From Dehalococcoidia bacterium (GTDB taxonomy: Bacteria > Chloroflexota > Dehalococcoidia > UBA2979): DNA of 64,000 bases. The translations under genes were made by a program, and so were the position numbers. Every line of letters begins with the position of its first letter. The stretch's first letter is position 1. Location: NCBI GenBank assembly GCA_963667465.2, contig CAXXDN010000001.1:160001-224000 (forward strand). The letters run 5' to 3'. The notes below the pieces were generated by a model. It searched no databases. It saw only the letters and a list, made by a program, of their open reading frames with translations, and was not told where the DNA came from. Shown in pieces: positions 42,806 through 53,289 of the stretch.

Positions 42806-44041
42806 TTACTCTCGATCGAGGTCGAAGGCGGCGTGCAGTGCGCGCACGGCGTCCCCCACCTGCTCCGCCCGCACGATACACGTGATCCGGATTTCCGAGG
42901 TCGAGATGAGTTCGATGTTGATGCCGTGCTCGAACAGCGTGCGGAACATCCGCGCCGCGAAGCCGGGGCTCGTGCTCATCCCCGTCCCGACGATCGAAAC
43001 GGAACCGAGATCGGGGTCGGCCACCACCTCGCTGGCCTCGAGTTGCGGGAGGATCGATTCGACCACGCGCAGCGCGGGATCGGCCTCCCCGCGGTCCACG
43101 GTGAAGGTCATGTCCGTGAGGTTCTCGACGCTTGCGTTCTGCACGATCGTGTCGACCGAGACGCCGGCGTCGGCGAGCGGGGTGAACAGCTGCGCGGCGA
43201 TGCCGGGGCGGTCCGGCACCCCGCGCACCGTGATCTTCGCGATCGCTTGCTCGTGCGCGATGCCGCGCACCTTGTTCGCCTGCTCCATCGTGCTCTCCTC
43301 GTGGATCAGCGTACCGGGCGAATCGACCTCGAAGCTGCTGGCGACGAGGATCCGCACCCCGTAGAGCGCGCCCACCTCGACGGCCCGCGCGTGCATCACC
43401 CGCGCGCCGGTAGCCGCCAGCTCCAGCATCTCCTCGTAGCCGATGTCGCGCAGCGGGCGCGCCTCCGCACAGATGCGCGGGTCGGCGCTGTAGACGCCGG
43501 CGACGTCCGTGTAGATTTCGCAGCGATCGGCGCGCAGCGCGGCGGCCAGCGCGACCGCCGTCGTGTCGCTGCCGCCGCGCCCCAGCGTCGTGATATCGAA
43601 GTCGTCCGAGGCGCCCTGGAAGCCGGCGACGATCACGATCCGGCCCCCCGCCAGCTCGCGCTCGATGCGCCCCGTCTCGATGTCCGCGATGCGGGCGCGC
43701 CCGAAGACCGCGTCCGTGCGGATCCCGGCCTGCAGCCCGCTGAGGCTGATCGCGTCGCTCCCCAGCTCGTGCAGCGCCATCGAGAGCAGCGTCGAGGACA
43801 CCGCCTCGCCGGTGGAGAACAGCATGTCCAGCTCGCGCGGGCGCGGGTTGCTCGTGACCTCGTTCGCCAGCTCGATCAGCCGGTCCGTCGTGTCGCCCAT
43901 CGCGGAGACGACGGCGACGACGCGGTCGCCGCCCGCGGCGCGGGCGGCGATGCGGCCGGCGACGTGCGTGATGCGCTCCGCGTCCGCGACGGAGCTGCCG
44001 CCGTACTTCTGGACCACGAGGGCACCGCTCGGCTCGCTCAA
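42806..44041 (-). CDS. lysC: Aspartate kinase
   Basis: VQKYGGSSV, VSAMGDTTD, TTLGRGGSDTTA and two ACT domains. Confidence 0.96.
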   Translation of the reverse strand: MSEPSGALVVQKYGGSSVADAERITHVAGRIAARAAGGDRVVAVVSAMGDTTDRLIELANEVTSNPRPRELDMLFSTGEAVSSTLLSMALHELGSDAISLSGLQAGIRTDAVFGRARIADIETGRIERELAGGRIVIVAGFQGASDDFDITTLGRGGSDTTAVALAAALRADRCEIYTDVAGVYSADPRICAEARPLRDIGYEEMLELAATGARVMHARAVEVGALYGVRILVASSFEVDSPGTLIHEESTMEQANKVRGIAHEQAIAKITVRGVPDRPGIAAQLFTPLADAGVSVDTIVQNASVENLTDMTFTVDRGEADPALRVVESILPQLEASEVVADPDLGSVSIVGTGMSTSPGFAARMFRTLFEHGINIELISTSEIRITCIVRAEQVGDAVRALHAAFDLDRE

Positions 44042-44053
44042 CTGGTTACTGCC

Positions 44054-44956
44054 CTACTGCCCGCCCGCTGAGAGCACCTCGGCGCCCTTCGTCCGCAGCG
44101 CGCAGATGCGCGTCGAGGCCTCCACGCCGCGAGCGGCCGCCGCGGCGCGCATCGCGCCCGCGATCTCCGCGAAGCGCTCGGTCGCGAGCGCCGCGATCGT
44201 GGGGCCGCCGCCGGAGAGGTAGACGCCGTGCGCGCCCGCGTCCCGCGCAGCCTGGAAGATCTGGTACATCGGCTCGAAGATCGTCGCGCGCGCCGGCTGG
44301 TGCAGCACGTCCTCGGTGGCGATCTGCAGCAGGTCGTAACGGCGCGCCTGTAACGCCGCGAGCAGCAGCGCGGCCCGCCCGATGTTGTGCACGGCCTGGT
44401 TGCGCGTGAGCCGCTCCGGCAGGCGCCGTCGCGTTTCCTCGGTGGGCATCGAGAACGCCGGGATCAGCAGCACGAGCTGCAGCTCTTCGGGCAAGTCGAC
44501 GCCGATCTGCGTGACGCCCTTGCCCTCGTCCGTCTCGACGATCACGCGCAGCCCGCCGAACATCGCCGGCACGGCGTTGTCGGCGTGCCGCTCGAGCTGC
44601 ACGGCCAGCGGCAGCAGCATCTCCCGGTCGAGCCCGCTCCCGGTCAGCGCGTCGGCGGCCAGCAGCCCGGCGACGCGGGTCGCGGCGGAGATGCCGAGCC
44701 CGCGCCCCACCGGCAGGTCGGACTCGTACGTCACCTCGATGCCCGCGGGCATCGGAAGCGCGGCGCGCTCATAGAGCAGCAGCGCGGCGCGAGCCGCCAG
44801 CGCGGGGATCGGGTCGGCGTAGGGCGCAACGGGTTCGTCGCTGAGCCGGAACTGCAGCCGCAGCGTCCAGTCGAGCGCGACGCCCAGGCTGTCGAAGCCC
44901 GGCCCGAGGTTCGCCGAGGTCGCGGGAACCTCGACGGTGACTTCGCTGGCGACCAT
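44054..44956 (-). CDS. thrB: Homoserine kinase
   Basis: VPATSANLGPGFD, PVGRGLG, HADN, LHQP and LSGGGPT motifs. Confidence 0.95.
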   Translation of the reverse strand: MVASEVTVEVPATSANLGPGFDSLGVALDWTLRLQFRLSDEPVAPYADPIPALAARAALLLYERAALPMPAGIEVTYESDLPVGRGLGISAATRVAGLLAADALTGSGLDREMLLPLAVQLERHADNAVPAMFGGLRVIVETDEGKGVTQIGVDLPEELQLVLLIPAFSMPTEETRRRLPERLTRNQAVHNIGRAALLLAALQARRYDLLQIATEDVLHQPARATIFEPMYQIFQAARDAGAHGVYLSGGGPTIAALATERFAEIAGAMRAAAAARGVEASTRICALRTKGAEVLSAGGQ

Positions 44957-44969
44957 CGCCGCCGCGGGC

Positions 44970-46145
44970 CTAGTTCAGCCGCTCGAAGATCGAGGCGATG
45001 CCCTGGCCGCCGCCGATGCAGAGCGTGACAAGGCCGTAGCGGCCACCGCTGCGCTCCAGTTCGTGCATCGCCTTGACAGTCAGGATCGTGCCGCTCGCGC
45101 CCACGGGGTGCCCGAGGGCGATCGCGCCGCCGTTCGGGTTCGTGCGCTCGTCCGGCAGCCCGAGCGAGGTGCTGCAGGCAGCCGCGACGGCGGCGAACGC
45201 CTCGTTCAACTCGATCGTGTCGAGGTCGTCGACGCTGAGGCCGGCCCGCTCGAGCGCGCGCTCGGAGGCCGGAATCGGGCCGGAGCCCATGATCCGGCCC
45301 TCGACGCCCGCCTCGGCGCGCGAAACCAGGCGCAGCCGCGGCGTCAGGCCCAGCTCGGCGGCCTTGCTCGCGGTGGTGACCACCACGGCCGCCGCGCCGT
45401 CGTTGATGCCCGAGGCGTTGCCGGCCGTCACGGCGCCGTCCGCCTTGAAGGCCGGGCGCAGCCTGCCGAGCGACTCCAGGTCTGTGCTGCGCGGGTGCTC
45501 ATCCGTGTCGAAGGTGACGGTGTTGCGGCCCTGGCGCACCTCCAGCGGGAGGATCTGGTCCTTGAAGCGGCCCGCCTCGATGGCGGCGAGCGCGCGTTCC
45601 TGCGACTTCAGCGCGTACTCGTCCTGGACCGTGCGGGAGACCTCGAACTGCTCGGCGAGGTTCTCCGCGGTGATGCCCATGTGGCACTGCTCGTGCGGGT
45701 CCGAGATGAGGTGCAGCAGGTTGTCCTCGACGGTGTCGTGGCCGAGGCGGTAGCCGGTGCGGCCCTTGCGCAGCAGGTAGGGCGCCATGCTCATGTTCTC
45801 CGCCCCGCCGGCGACGATGATCTCGGCGTCGCCAGTCTGCAGCCAGCGGGCGGCGGTGTTGATCGCCTCCAGCCCGGAGCCGCAGATGCGATTGACGGTG
45901 TAGGCCGGCGTGTCGACCGGCAGCCCCGCCTTGAGCGTGGCGACGCGAGAGATGTAGCCGTCCTCGGCGACCTGCCCGACACAGCCGAGGATCACCTGGT
46001 CGACCTGCTCGCCCTCAATGCCGGAGCGGGCTACTGCCTCCTTGATGACAGCCGCGGCGAGGTCCGAGGCGGGCGTCTGGCTCAGCGTTCCGTTCATCGT
46101 GCCGATGGCGGTGCGGACACCGCTGATGATGACGACGTCATCCAT
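44970..46145 (-). CDS. Acetyl-CoA C-acyltransferase (thiolase)
   Basis: NRICGSG, NASGINDGA, NEAF, GHPVGASG and LCIGGGQG motifs. Confidence 0.95.
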   Translation of the reverse strand: MDDVVIISGVRTAIGTMNGTLSQTPASDLAAAVIKEAVARSGIEGEQVDQVILGCVGQVAEDGYISRVATLKAGLPVDTPAYTVNRICGSGLEAINTAARWLQTGDAEIIVAGGAENMSMAPYLLRKGRTGYRLGHDTVEDNLLHLISDPHEQCHMGITAENLAEQFEVSRTVQDEYALKSQERALAAIEAGRFKDQILPLEVRQGRNTVTFDTDEHPRSTDLESLGRLRPAFKADGAVTAGNASGINDGAAAVVVTTASKAAELGLTPRLRLVSRAEAGVEGRIMGSGPIPASERALERAGLSVDDLDTIELNEAFAAVAAACSTSLGLPDERTNPNGGAIALGHPVGASGTILTVKAMHELERSGGRYGLVTLCIGGGQGIASIFERLN

Positions 46146-46277
46146 GCCGAGGCCCCCTCTGGGCGCGCCACTGCGATTCCGGCGCAGTCTACATGAGCGA
46201 TCCGCAGCGGTCGCCCCTCCCGGATACACAAGCCGTGCACAAATCGTCGGGGATTCCGGGATATTCCGCGTGGCGGC

Positions 46278-46910
46278 TCACGCCTCGAAGAGGCGTTCCA
46301 CGCTCTCCCACGCCTCCTCGGCGAGCGTCTCAGGCGATCGGGTTGCATCGAGCACGAGCCAGCGCCCGGAGTCGGCCTCCGCCTCGGCCAGGTAGCCGGC
46401 TCGGACGCGGCGGTGGAAGTCGAGCGGCTCGCGCTCCAGGTAGTCGGTCACGAGCCCGCCGCGGCGCAGTCCTTGGTACGGAGGCAGGTCCAGCAAGACC
46501 GTCAGATCGGGCATCAGTCCGCCCGCCGCCACGGCGTTCGCGGCGTCCACCGCCTCGCGCTCGATGCCGCGGCCGTAGTGCTGGTACGCGACCATCGAGT
46601 CGCCGTAGCGGTCGCAGAGGACGAGCGCGCCACGCTCGAGCGCCGGGCGGATCACCTCCGCGACGAGCTGTGCGCGCGCCGCCGCGAAGACCAGCAGCTC
46701 CGCCCTCGCGTCCGGCGGCTCGGTGGAGGGGGCGCCCAGCAGCGCCTCGCGCAGCCGTTCGCCGAGTGGGGTGCCGCCGGGCTCGCGGCAGGTCACGACC
46801 TCGCCGCCTGCTTCGCGCGCTCGCGCTTCGAGGGTGGCCACCAGTGTCGACTTGCCCGCGCCCTCGCCGCCCTCGAACGTGACGAAGCGGCCGCGCCTCG
46901 GCTCGCTCAC
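46278..46910 (-). CDS. tmk: Thymidylate kinase
   Basis: FEGGEGAGKST, REPGGT, CDRY and AYQ motifs. Confidence 0.95.
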   Translation of the reverse strand: MSEPRRGRFVTFEGGEGAGKSTLVATLEARAREAGGEVVTCREPGGTPLGERLREALLGAPSTEPPDARAELLVFAAARAQLVAEVIRPALERGALVLCDRYGDSMVAYQHYGRGIEREAVDAANAVAAGGLMPDLTVLLDLPPYQGLRRGGLVTDYLEREPLDFHRRVRAGYLAEAEADSGRWLVLDATRSPETLAEEAWESVERLFEA

Positions 46911-48535
46911 CCGCGCTCCTCCAGCGGATCGGCGCCGCGCGGCCACGGCGGGGGCGCTCCGGCGCCCGGGCCGCGCCCGACGAGCACGCGCCGGTAGGGC
47001 TCGCGCCCGCGCGAGGACGAGGTCGCCCCGTGGCGCGCGGCCAGCTCGTGCTGCAGGCGGCGGATGTAGGAGTTCTGTGGCGTCAGCTCGATGCGCTGCT
47101 CGCCGCGATGGCTGACCGCGGCGATCGCGTCCTCCGCCTCACGCAGCGCCGCCGTCGTCGGGTCCGCGCCCTCGCCGTCGCCGCGCATCCGCAACAGCGC
47201 CCCGGCCATCTGCATCACCGTGTTGTTGCGCAGGACCAGGACCGGCACTCCACGCGCTTCCGCCTCGCGCAGCGGGCCGCTGCGCCGCCGGTAGTAGGGA
47301 CGCAGCGTGAGCACCGCGTCCGCGTCGGCGAGGCGATCGACCACCTCGGCCTGCGATCGCGTCGAGCTAATCGCCTCCTCCAGCCGCGCGCGGCTCACAC
47401 CGAAGGGCAGCAGCCGCCGCGGCGGGCCACCCGGGGCGGGGGTCAGCATCCGCGGCTCCGCGCGCGCCTCGTCGCGCTCGCCCGCCAGCGATTCGTGCGC
47501 ACTCGGCGCAACGCTGACCCGCTCCACCTGCGCCACCTCGCCGACAGTGCCGAGCGTGCGCACCTCGGCGTCCGCGTCGAAGCCGCGCAGCAGCTTGTCC
47601 ACCGTCGCGCCGATGTCCTCGTGTACCGCCACTCGCACGAACGACTGGATCTCGACCAGCGAGTTGAAGGTCGGCGGCGCGCGCCGCTCCAGCACCGTCT
47701 TCTGCGTGCCGCGCCGGCGCGCCTCCTCGTCGCCGAGGGTGACCGACTCGATGCCGCCGATCAGGTCGGACAGGGTCGGGTTCTGCATCAGGTTGTGCAG
47801 CGTGTTGCCGTGCGCCGTGCCGATCAGCTGCACCCCGCGCTCGGCGATGGTGCGCGCCGCCGTCGCCTCGAGGCTTGCGCCGATCTCATCGATCACGATC
47901 ACCTCGGGCATGTGGTTTTCGACCGCCTCGATCATCACCTGATGCTGGAGCTCCGGCTTCGGCACCTGCATCCGCCGCGCGTTGCCGATCCCGTGGTGCG
48001 GGATGTCGCCGTCGCCCCCGATCTCGTTCGAGGTGTCGACGATCACGACGCGGCGTCCGAGCTCGTCGGCCAGCACGCGCGCCGCCTCGCGCAGCATCGT
48101 CGTCTTGCCGACGCCCGGCGCGCCGAGCAGCAGCACGCTGCGGCCGGACTCGACGAGGTCCAGGATCGCGCCTGCCGATCCGGTCACCGCACGACCGACC
48201 CGGCAGGTCAGCCCGACGATGCGGCCGCGGCGGTTGCGGATCGCCGAGATGCGATGCAGCGTCCTCGGGATCCCCGCGCGGTTGTCGTCGCCGAACTCGG
48301 AGACCGAGGCGACGACGTGGTCAATGTCCTGCTCGGTGACTTCGCCCTCGTCCAGCGCCAGCTCGCGGTCGCTGTAGCGCGCGGTCGGCGGCCGCCCGAG
48401 GTCGAGCACCACCTCGAGCAGCCCGTCGCCGTTCGGGGCGCCGTCGTCATGGGCGGTCAGCGCCGTGGCGACGCGCGGGGGCAGCGCCGCGATCAGCAGC
48501 TCGCGCTCGATGCGATCGTCGAAGCCGTCGGCCAC
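46907..48535 (-). CDS. Ycf45/SpoIIIAA-like AAA ATPase with C-terminal R3H domain
   Basis: GAPGVGKTT, DTSNEIGGDG, IVIDEIG-like motif, and PQNSYIRRLQH (R3H). Confidence 0.9.
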   Translation of the reverse strand: MADGFDDRIERELLIAALPPRVATALTAHDDGAPNGDGLLEVVLDLGRPPTARYSDRELALDEGEVTEQDIDHVVASVSEFGDDNRAGIPRTLHRISAIRNRRGRIVGLTCRVGRAVTGSAGAILDLVESGRSVLLLGAPGVGKTTMLREAARVLADELGRRVVIVDTSNEIGGDGDIPHHGIGNARRMQVPKPELQHQVMIEAVENHMPEVIVIDEIGASLEATAARTIAERGVQLIGTAHGNTLHNLMQNPTLSDLIGGIESVTLGDEEARRRGTQKTVLERRAPPTFNSLVEIQSFVRVAVHEDIGATVDKLLRGFDADAEVRTLGTVGEVAQVERVSVAPSAHESLAGERDEARAEPRMLTPAPGGPPRRLLPFGVSRARLEEAISSTRSQAEVVDRLADADAVLTLRPYYRRRSGPLREAEARGVPVLVLRNNTVMQMAGALLRMRGDGEGADPTTAALREAEDAIAAVSHRGEQRIELTPQNSYIRRLQHELAARHGATSSSRGREPYRRVLVGRGPGAGAPPPWPRGADPLEERG

Positions 48536-48538
48536 TCG

Positions 48539-49474
48539 TTACCCTCCGGCCGGCGCGGCCACGCCCACGGTGGCGGGCACGGCCTCCTCCACGGGCTGCG
48601 TGAGCCGGCGGCTCAGCAGCACGCACTCCTCCTGCAACTCGAAGCCCGCCCGCGCGAGGGCGCCCTCGACGGCAGTCGAACCCGCGGGCGTGAGCGCGAA
48701 CAGCGGCTCGCCCGCGGCGAGCCGCGGGCGGGCGCCGGCGAGCAGCGCGGCCGCGGCCTCGCTGCTCGCGGCCTGCAGCTCAAGCTGCTCACCGCCCTGG
48801 CAGCGACCGAGGCTGACGCAGCCAACGATGCGGCTCTCCTCGACTGCCACGGTCTCGTGCGGACGGCGGCCCAGCCACTGCTCCTCACGCATCGCACGCC
48901 ACTGCTCGAAGGTCGGCGCGATCACGCGCCGCGCGGCGGGCGGCAGCAGGCGCCGGGAGAGCTGGAAGCGCCCGAACCAGTCACTCTCGACCGCCTCGCG
49001 CACTTCCAGCGAGGACTCCGGCGGCGAGGCCCGCAACCGCCCCGCCAGCGGGGCGCGCCAGAGCCGCTCGGCGAGCACCGGATCGAAGCCGTGCGAACGC
49101 ACCTCGGCGATCGCGTCACCGAAGGCAGCGGGCATGCGCAGCAGCAGCATGCGCACCGCGGAGCGCAGCGCCTCTTCTTCGGCCTGCGCCAGCAGCGCGC
49201 CGAGGACCGCGCCGTCCCCGTCGCCCGCGTCGATCAGCGTGTCGATCTGCCAGGCGTCCGGCCTGGCGAGCGGGCGCGCGGTGGCGATTCCGTGGATCTG
49301 CCTGCCGCGCACCTCGAGCCAGAGGTCGCGGCGGCGCAGCCAGTGCGTGAGCGCCGCGCCGAGGGCGTGCGGGGCCTGCTGCGGCTTGCCCAACCGCTCG
49401 CGCGTGATCGCCAGGTTCGGATAGACGGCTCCCTCGAAGGTGACGAGGGCAATCAGATCGCCGGGGCCGATCAC
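48539..49474 (-). CDS. Hypothetical protein, possible tandem GNAT fold
   Basis: In operon between pdxT and the AAA-R3H gene; GNAT-like segments (IHGIATAR, LARAGFE). Confidence 0.6.
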   Translation of the reverse strand: MIGPGDLIALVTFEGAVYPNLAITRERLGKPQQAPHALGAALTHWLRRRDLWLEVRGRQIHGIATARPLARPDAWQIDTLIDAGDGDGAVLGALLAQAEEEALRSAVRMLLLRMPAAFGDAIAEVRSHGFDPVLAERLWRAPLAGRLRASPPESSLEVREAVESDWFGRFQLSRRLLPPAARRVIAPTFEQWRAMREEQWLGRRPHETVAVEESRIVGCVSLGRCQGGEQLELQAASSEAAAALLAGARPRLAAGEPLFALTPAGSTAVEGALARAGFELQEECVLLSRRLTQPVEEAVPATVGVAAPAGG

Positions 49475-50121
49475 GCGCTCAGCTCCTCCGCCCGCACGTG
49501 GCGCTCAGGCGCCCCGTCGAGTCGCTCCTCCACCATCGCGGCGAACATGGCATGCAGCCGCAGGTCGTCCGTCAGCTCCGGGTGGAACGTCGTCGCCAGC
49601 AGCGCACCGTCGCGGCAGGCCGCGATCGAACCGTCCTCGAGGCGCACGAGCACCTCGACGGCAGGTCCGGTCTCGACGATCGCGGGGGCGCGGATGAAGA
49701 CGCCGCGGAAGGAGCCGCCCTCGAGGCCGGCGATCTCCAGGTCGGCCTCGAAAGAGTCGAGCTGCCGCCCGAAGGCGTTGCGCTGCACGGTGATGTCGAG
49801 CGCACCGAGGGTGGGGCGGTCCAGCCCCGGTGCGCGCGCGGCGAGCAGGATCGCGCCCGCGCAGGTGCCCCAGACCGGCAGGCCCGAAGCGATCCGCTGC
49901 GCGAGCGGCTCACGCAGTTCAAAGGCGAGCAGCAACCGCGCGATCGTCGTGCTCTCGCCACCGGGGATGATCAGCCCGTCGGCATCGTCCAGCTGCTCCA
50001 GCGTGCGCACCTCGAAGGCGGGCAGGTCGAGCGCCGCGAGGCTGGCGACGTGCTCGCGGAAGTCACCCTGCAGGGCAAGCACGCCGATCCGGGGACGCCT
50101 GGCGCTTGCTGGTGCGGCCAC
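49471..50121 (-). CDS. pdxT: PLP synthase glutaminase subunit
   Basis: GVLALQG, PGGESTT, GTCAG, FIRAP and FHPEL motifs. Confidence 0.96.
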   Translation of the reverse strand: MAAPASARRPRIGVLALQGDFREHVASLAALDLPAFEVRTLEQLDDADGLIIPGGESTTIARLLLAFELREPLAQRIASGLPVWGTCAGAILLAARAPGLDRPTLGALDITVQRNAFGRQLDSFEADLEIAGLEGGSFRGVFIRAPAIVETGPAVEVLVRLEDGSIAACRDGALLATTFHPELTDDLRLHAMFAAMVEERLDGAPERHVRAEELSA

Positions 50122-50130
50122 GGGCGCAGC

Positions 50131-51057
50131 CTAGTTGCCGCGAACCGCCAGCTGCTCCGCCGGCGGCAACGCGGACGCGGACTGCCCGCGCATCGGTTCG
50201 CCAATCTCGCGCGAGACCTCGGCGAGCACCGCGGGATCCTCGAAGTGGGTGACCGCCTTGACGATCGCCGCCGCCATCTGGGCGGGCTCCTCCGACTTGA
50301 AGATGCCGGACCCGACGAAGACGCCGTCCGCGCCGAGCTGCATCATCAGCGCTGCGTCGGCCGGCGTGGCGACGCCGCCCGCCGAGAAGTTGACGACGGG
50401 CAGGCGGCCGAGCCGCTTGACCTCCTGCACAAGTTCCAGCGGCGCGCCGAGCTCCTTGGCATGTGAAGCCAGCTCCTCGTCGCGCAGGCCCTCGATGCGG
50501 CGGATGCCGCCCCGGACGGCGCGCATGTGGCGCACCGCCTCCACGATGTCGCCGGTGCCGGCCTCGCCCTTGGTGCGAATCATCGCCGCGCCCTCGGCGA
50601 TTCGCCGCAGCGCCTCACCCAGGTCGCGGCAGCCGCAGACGAAGGGCACGCCGAAGGCGCGCTTGTCGATGTGGTGCGCCTCATCGGCGGGGGTCAGCAC
50701 CTCCGACTCGTCGATGTAGTCGACGCCGATTGCTTCGAGGATCTGCGCCTCGACGAAGTGGCCGATCCGCGCCTTGGCCATCACGGGGATCGTGACGGAC
50801 TGGCAGATCTCCTCGACGAGCGCGACGTGGCTCATGCGCGCGACGCCGCCGGCGGCGCGGATGTCGCTCGGTACGCGCTCCAGGGCCATCACAGCCGCAG
50901 CGCCCGCCTCCTCGGCGATGCGCGCGTGCTCGGGCGTGACCACGTCCATGATCACGCCGCCCTTGAGCATCTGCGCGAGCCCGGCCTTCACGCGCCAGGT
51001 AGCCGTCTCGCCTCGCTCGTTCGCGTCGTCGACGCGGTTTCCGTTGGTGGTCGCCAT
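50131..51057 (-). CDS. pdxS: PLP synthase lyase subunit
   Basis: [28 protein letters not shown] and [10 protein letters not shown] motifs. Confidence 0.98.
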   Translation of the reverse strand: MATTNGNRVDDANERGETATWRVKAGLAQMLKGGVIMDVVTPEHARIAEEAGAAAVMALERVPSDIRAAGGVARMSHVALVEEICQSVTIPVMAKARIGHFVEAQILEAIGVDYIDESEVLTPADEAHHIDKRAFGVPFVCGCRDLGEALRRIAEGAAMIRTKGEAGTGDIVEAVRHMRAVRGGIRRIEGLRDEELASHAKELGAPLELVQEVKRLGRLPVVNFSAGGVATPADAALMMQLGADGVFVGSGIFKSEEPAQMAAAIVKAVTHFEDPAVLAEVSREIGEPMRGQSASALPPAEQLAVRGN

Positions 51058-51270
51058 GACGCTCCTGTACGCGTTCGCGGTCTTGCGCCCTCCATTGTAG
51101 CCGAGGGCCCCGTGCTATCGGGGGCCGATCCCGGTCAACCGGCGCGCCGGAATCCCGCCCGCGGCACGACCGTACCCCCTGCGAACACCCCGCCGAGCGC
51201 GCTCCGCGCCGCGCCCGCAGCGATTCGGACGTAGAATGGGCACAGACAGCGATCGACGCCTCGCGACACG

Positions 51271-51681
51271 TTGCGAGGGGAGGACGCCACGGCACAGCAC
51301 TCCGACGCCCCGCCCGCGCAACCAGCGCCCAACGGCCCGGAACCGGACGCGGCCGCGCCGCTGCGCCCTCCGGCGCCGCTGATCCCGCGCGCCGACGCCT
51401 CCACCGGCGACGCTCCCGAGGACGAGCCGCCCGCCAGCGCGCCCTACGCGGACCTCGTAGCCGCCGCCGCGGAGCCGGAGCCCGATCCGGAGCCCGCGGC
51501 CCAGCCGGACGCGGGGCAGCGCAGACGGCACCTGATCGTCGCGTCGCTGGCGGCGGGCGTGGGCGCCGCGGTGATCGTCTCCAGCTTCGCAGCCGGCGAC
51601 GTGGTTTCGATCAGCTCGCTCGCCGGGGTGCTGTTCCTCGCCGTGGCCGCCACGCGCTACAGTCTGGCGCGCAACGCCTGA
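51271..51681 (+). CDS. Hypothetical protein, Pro/acidic N-terminus plus two C-terminal TM helices
   Basis: ORF leads into the USP-trkA cluster; TAGAAT -10 at 51232; start codon uncertain. Confidence 0.5.
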   Translation: MRGEDATAQHSDAPPAQPAPNGPEPDAAAPLRPPAPLIPRADASTGDAPEDEPPASAPYADLVAAAAEPEPDPEPAAQPDAGQRRRHLIVASLAAGVGAAVIVSSFAAGDVVSISSLAGVLFLAVAATRYSLARNA

Positions 51682-51700
51682 CCTGAAGCGGGGAAGCAGC

Positions 51701-52174
51701 ATGGCCAGACCCGAGCGCACCCGTCCTGTCGAGCAGTTGCTCGTACCCCTCGACGGCTCGGCGGCCGCCTACCAGGCGCTCGGAGCCGCCTGCGACATCG
51801 CCAGGCTGCACCGCGCCGCCGTCACCACGCTGTACGTCATCGAGGTGCCGCGCACGCTTCCGCTCGACGCCGATCTCGCGGGCGACTTCGACCGCGGAGA
51901 GGCGATCCTCTCGCGCGCCGAGGAGGTCGCCCGCGATCACAAGGTCCCGCTCGAAGGCTCGATGTGCCAGGCGCGACAGGCCGGCCACGCCGTCGTCGAC
52001 GAGGCGATCGAGCGCAACTCGGACGCGATCGTCGTCGGCGTCGGGTACGAGCGCCCCTACGGCCGCTTCCGCCTGGGACGCCTCCCGCAGTACGTGCTCG
52101 CGCACGCGCCCTGCGAGGTCTGGCTGTTCCGCTGCACGCCGGGGGAGGCAGCCGACGGGGGCGGCGTGGCGTAG
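51701..52174 (+). CDS. Universal stress protein
   Basis: LLVPLDGS, DAIVVG and VLAHAPCEV motifs. Confidence 0.9.
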   Translation: MARPERTRPVEQLLVPLDGSAAAYQALGAACDIARLHRAAVTTLYVIEVPRTLPLDADLAGDFDRGEAILSRAEEVARDHKVPLEGSMCQARQAGHAVVDEAIERNSDAIVVGVGYERPYGRFRLGRLPQYVLAHAPCEVWLFRCTPGEAADGGGVA

Positions 52175-52183
52175 GGTTATGCC

Positions 52184-52588
52184 ATGAAGATAGTGATCAT
52201 GGGCTGCGGCCGCGTCGGCTCCACCGTCGCTACGCGCCTCGACGCCGAGGGCCACGACGTGACGATCGTCGACCTCGAGACGCAGGCCTTCCGCCGCCTG
52301 CCGGACAGCTTCGGCGGCGAGCGTTTCGCGGGCTCCGGCGTGGACGACCGCGTGCTGATCGCCGCCGGCATCCGCGAGGCCGACGCCTTCATCGCGCTCA
52401 CGCAAGGCGACAACCGCAACCTCTTCGCCTCGCAGCTTGCGAAACACCTCTTCCGCGTCGAGACGGTCGTCACGAGGGTCTACGACCCACTGCGCGCCGA
52501 GCTGTTCGCCGACCTCGGGCTGCGCACCTTCAGCCCGACGCGGATCAGCGCCGACCTCGCCTACGACTCGCTATTCGAGGGCCGCTAG
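52184..52588 (+). CDS. TrkA-N (RCK_N only) protein
   Basis: IMGCGRVG, ADAFIALTQGDNRN; only 134 aa. Confidence 0.88.
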   Translation: MKIVIMGCGRVGSTVATRLDAEGHDVTIVDLETQAFRRLPDSFGGERFAGSGVDDRVLIAAGIREADAFIALTQGDNRNLFASQLAKHLFRVETVVTRVYDPLRAELFADLGLRTFSPTRISADLAYDSLFEGR

Positions 52589-52590
52589 CC

Positions 52591-53289
52591 GTGTACATCA
52601 TCATCGTCGGCGCCGGAAACGTCGGCTACGGACTCGCGCTCGAGCTCTACGGCAACACGGACTACGAAGTGCTGCTGGTCGAGCGCGACCGCCAGCGCGC
52701 GCTGCTGCTGCGCGAGGAGCTCGGTGAACTCGCCGTGGAGGGCGACGGCACGGAGGTCACCTTCATGGAGCGCATCGGGGCACGGCGCGCGGATCTGGTG
52801 ATCGCGGTCACCGGCGACGACGCGCACAACCTCATCGCCTGCCAGGTGGCGCGCCACTACTTCGGGATCGGCCGCACGATCGCCCGCGTCAACAACCCCC
52901 GCAACGAGCGTCTCTTCCAGCTGCTCGGCATCGAGGCGACCGTCTCCGCAGCCGCCGCGGTCCTCGCCCAGATCGAGGTCGACCTCCCGGAGCAGGCACT
53001 CATCCCGCTGGTCAAGCTGCGCGCGAGCGGCCTCGAAGTCGTCGATCTGCATGTGCAGGAGGACGCCGAGGCGGCGGGGGTGGCGCTGCGCGATCTCGAA
53101 CTCCCGGAGCGCACCAGCATCTCGCTCGTGATCAGCGGCGAGGGCGCCGCCGTGCCCGACGGCGACACCGTGCTCCAGCCGGGCGACGAGATCATCGCGA
53201 TCATCGACCAGCAGGCGGAGCCGCAGATGCGAGCCCTCGTCAGCGCACCGCCGCCGCCCGGCGCCGAACCGAGGGAGCCGGCCCCGTGA
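52591..53289 (+). CDS. trkA: TrkA-family potassium uptake regulatory subunit (RCK_N + RCK_C)
   Basis: IVGAGNVG, EGDGT, IARVNNP and PDGDTVLQPGDEI; GTG start at 52591. Confidence 0.88.
   Translation: MYIIIVGAGNVGYGLALELYGNTDYEVLLVERDRQRALLLREELGELAVEGDGTEVTFMERIGARRADLVIAVTGDDAHNLIACQVARHYFGIGRTIARVNNPRNERLFQLLGIEATVSAAAAVLAQIEVDLPEQALIPLVKLRASGLEVVDLHVQEDAEAAGVALRDLELPERTSISLVISGEGAAVPDGDTVLQPGDEIIAIIDQQAEPQMRALVSAPPPPGAEPREPAP

Noticed and set aside
51060-51270. Possible tRNA or riboswitch in the pdxS upstream region
   Set aside because: No cloverleaf, T-loop or recognisable riboswitch consensus; explained by divergent promoters (TACAAT, TAGAAT).
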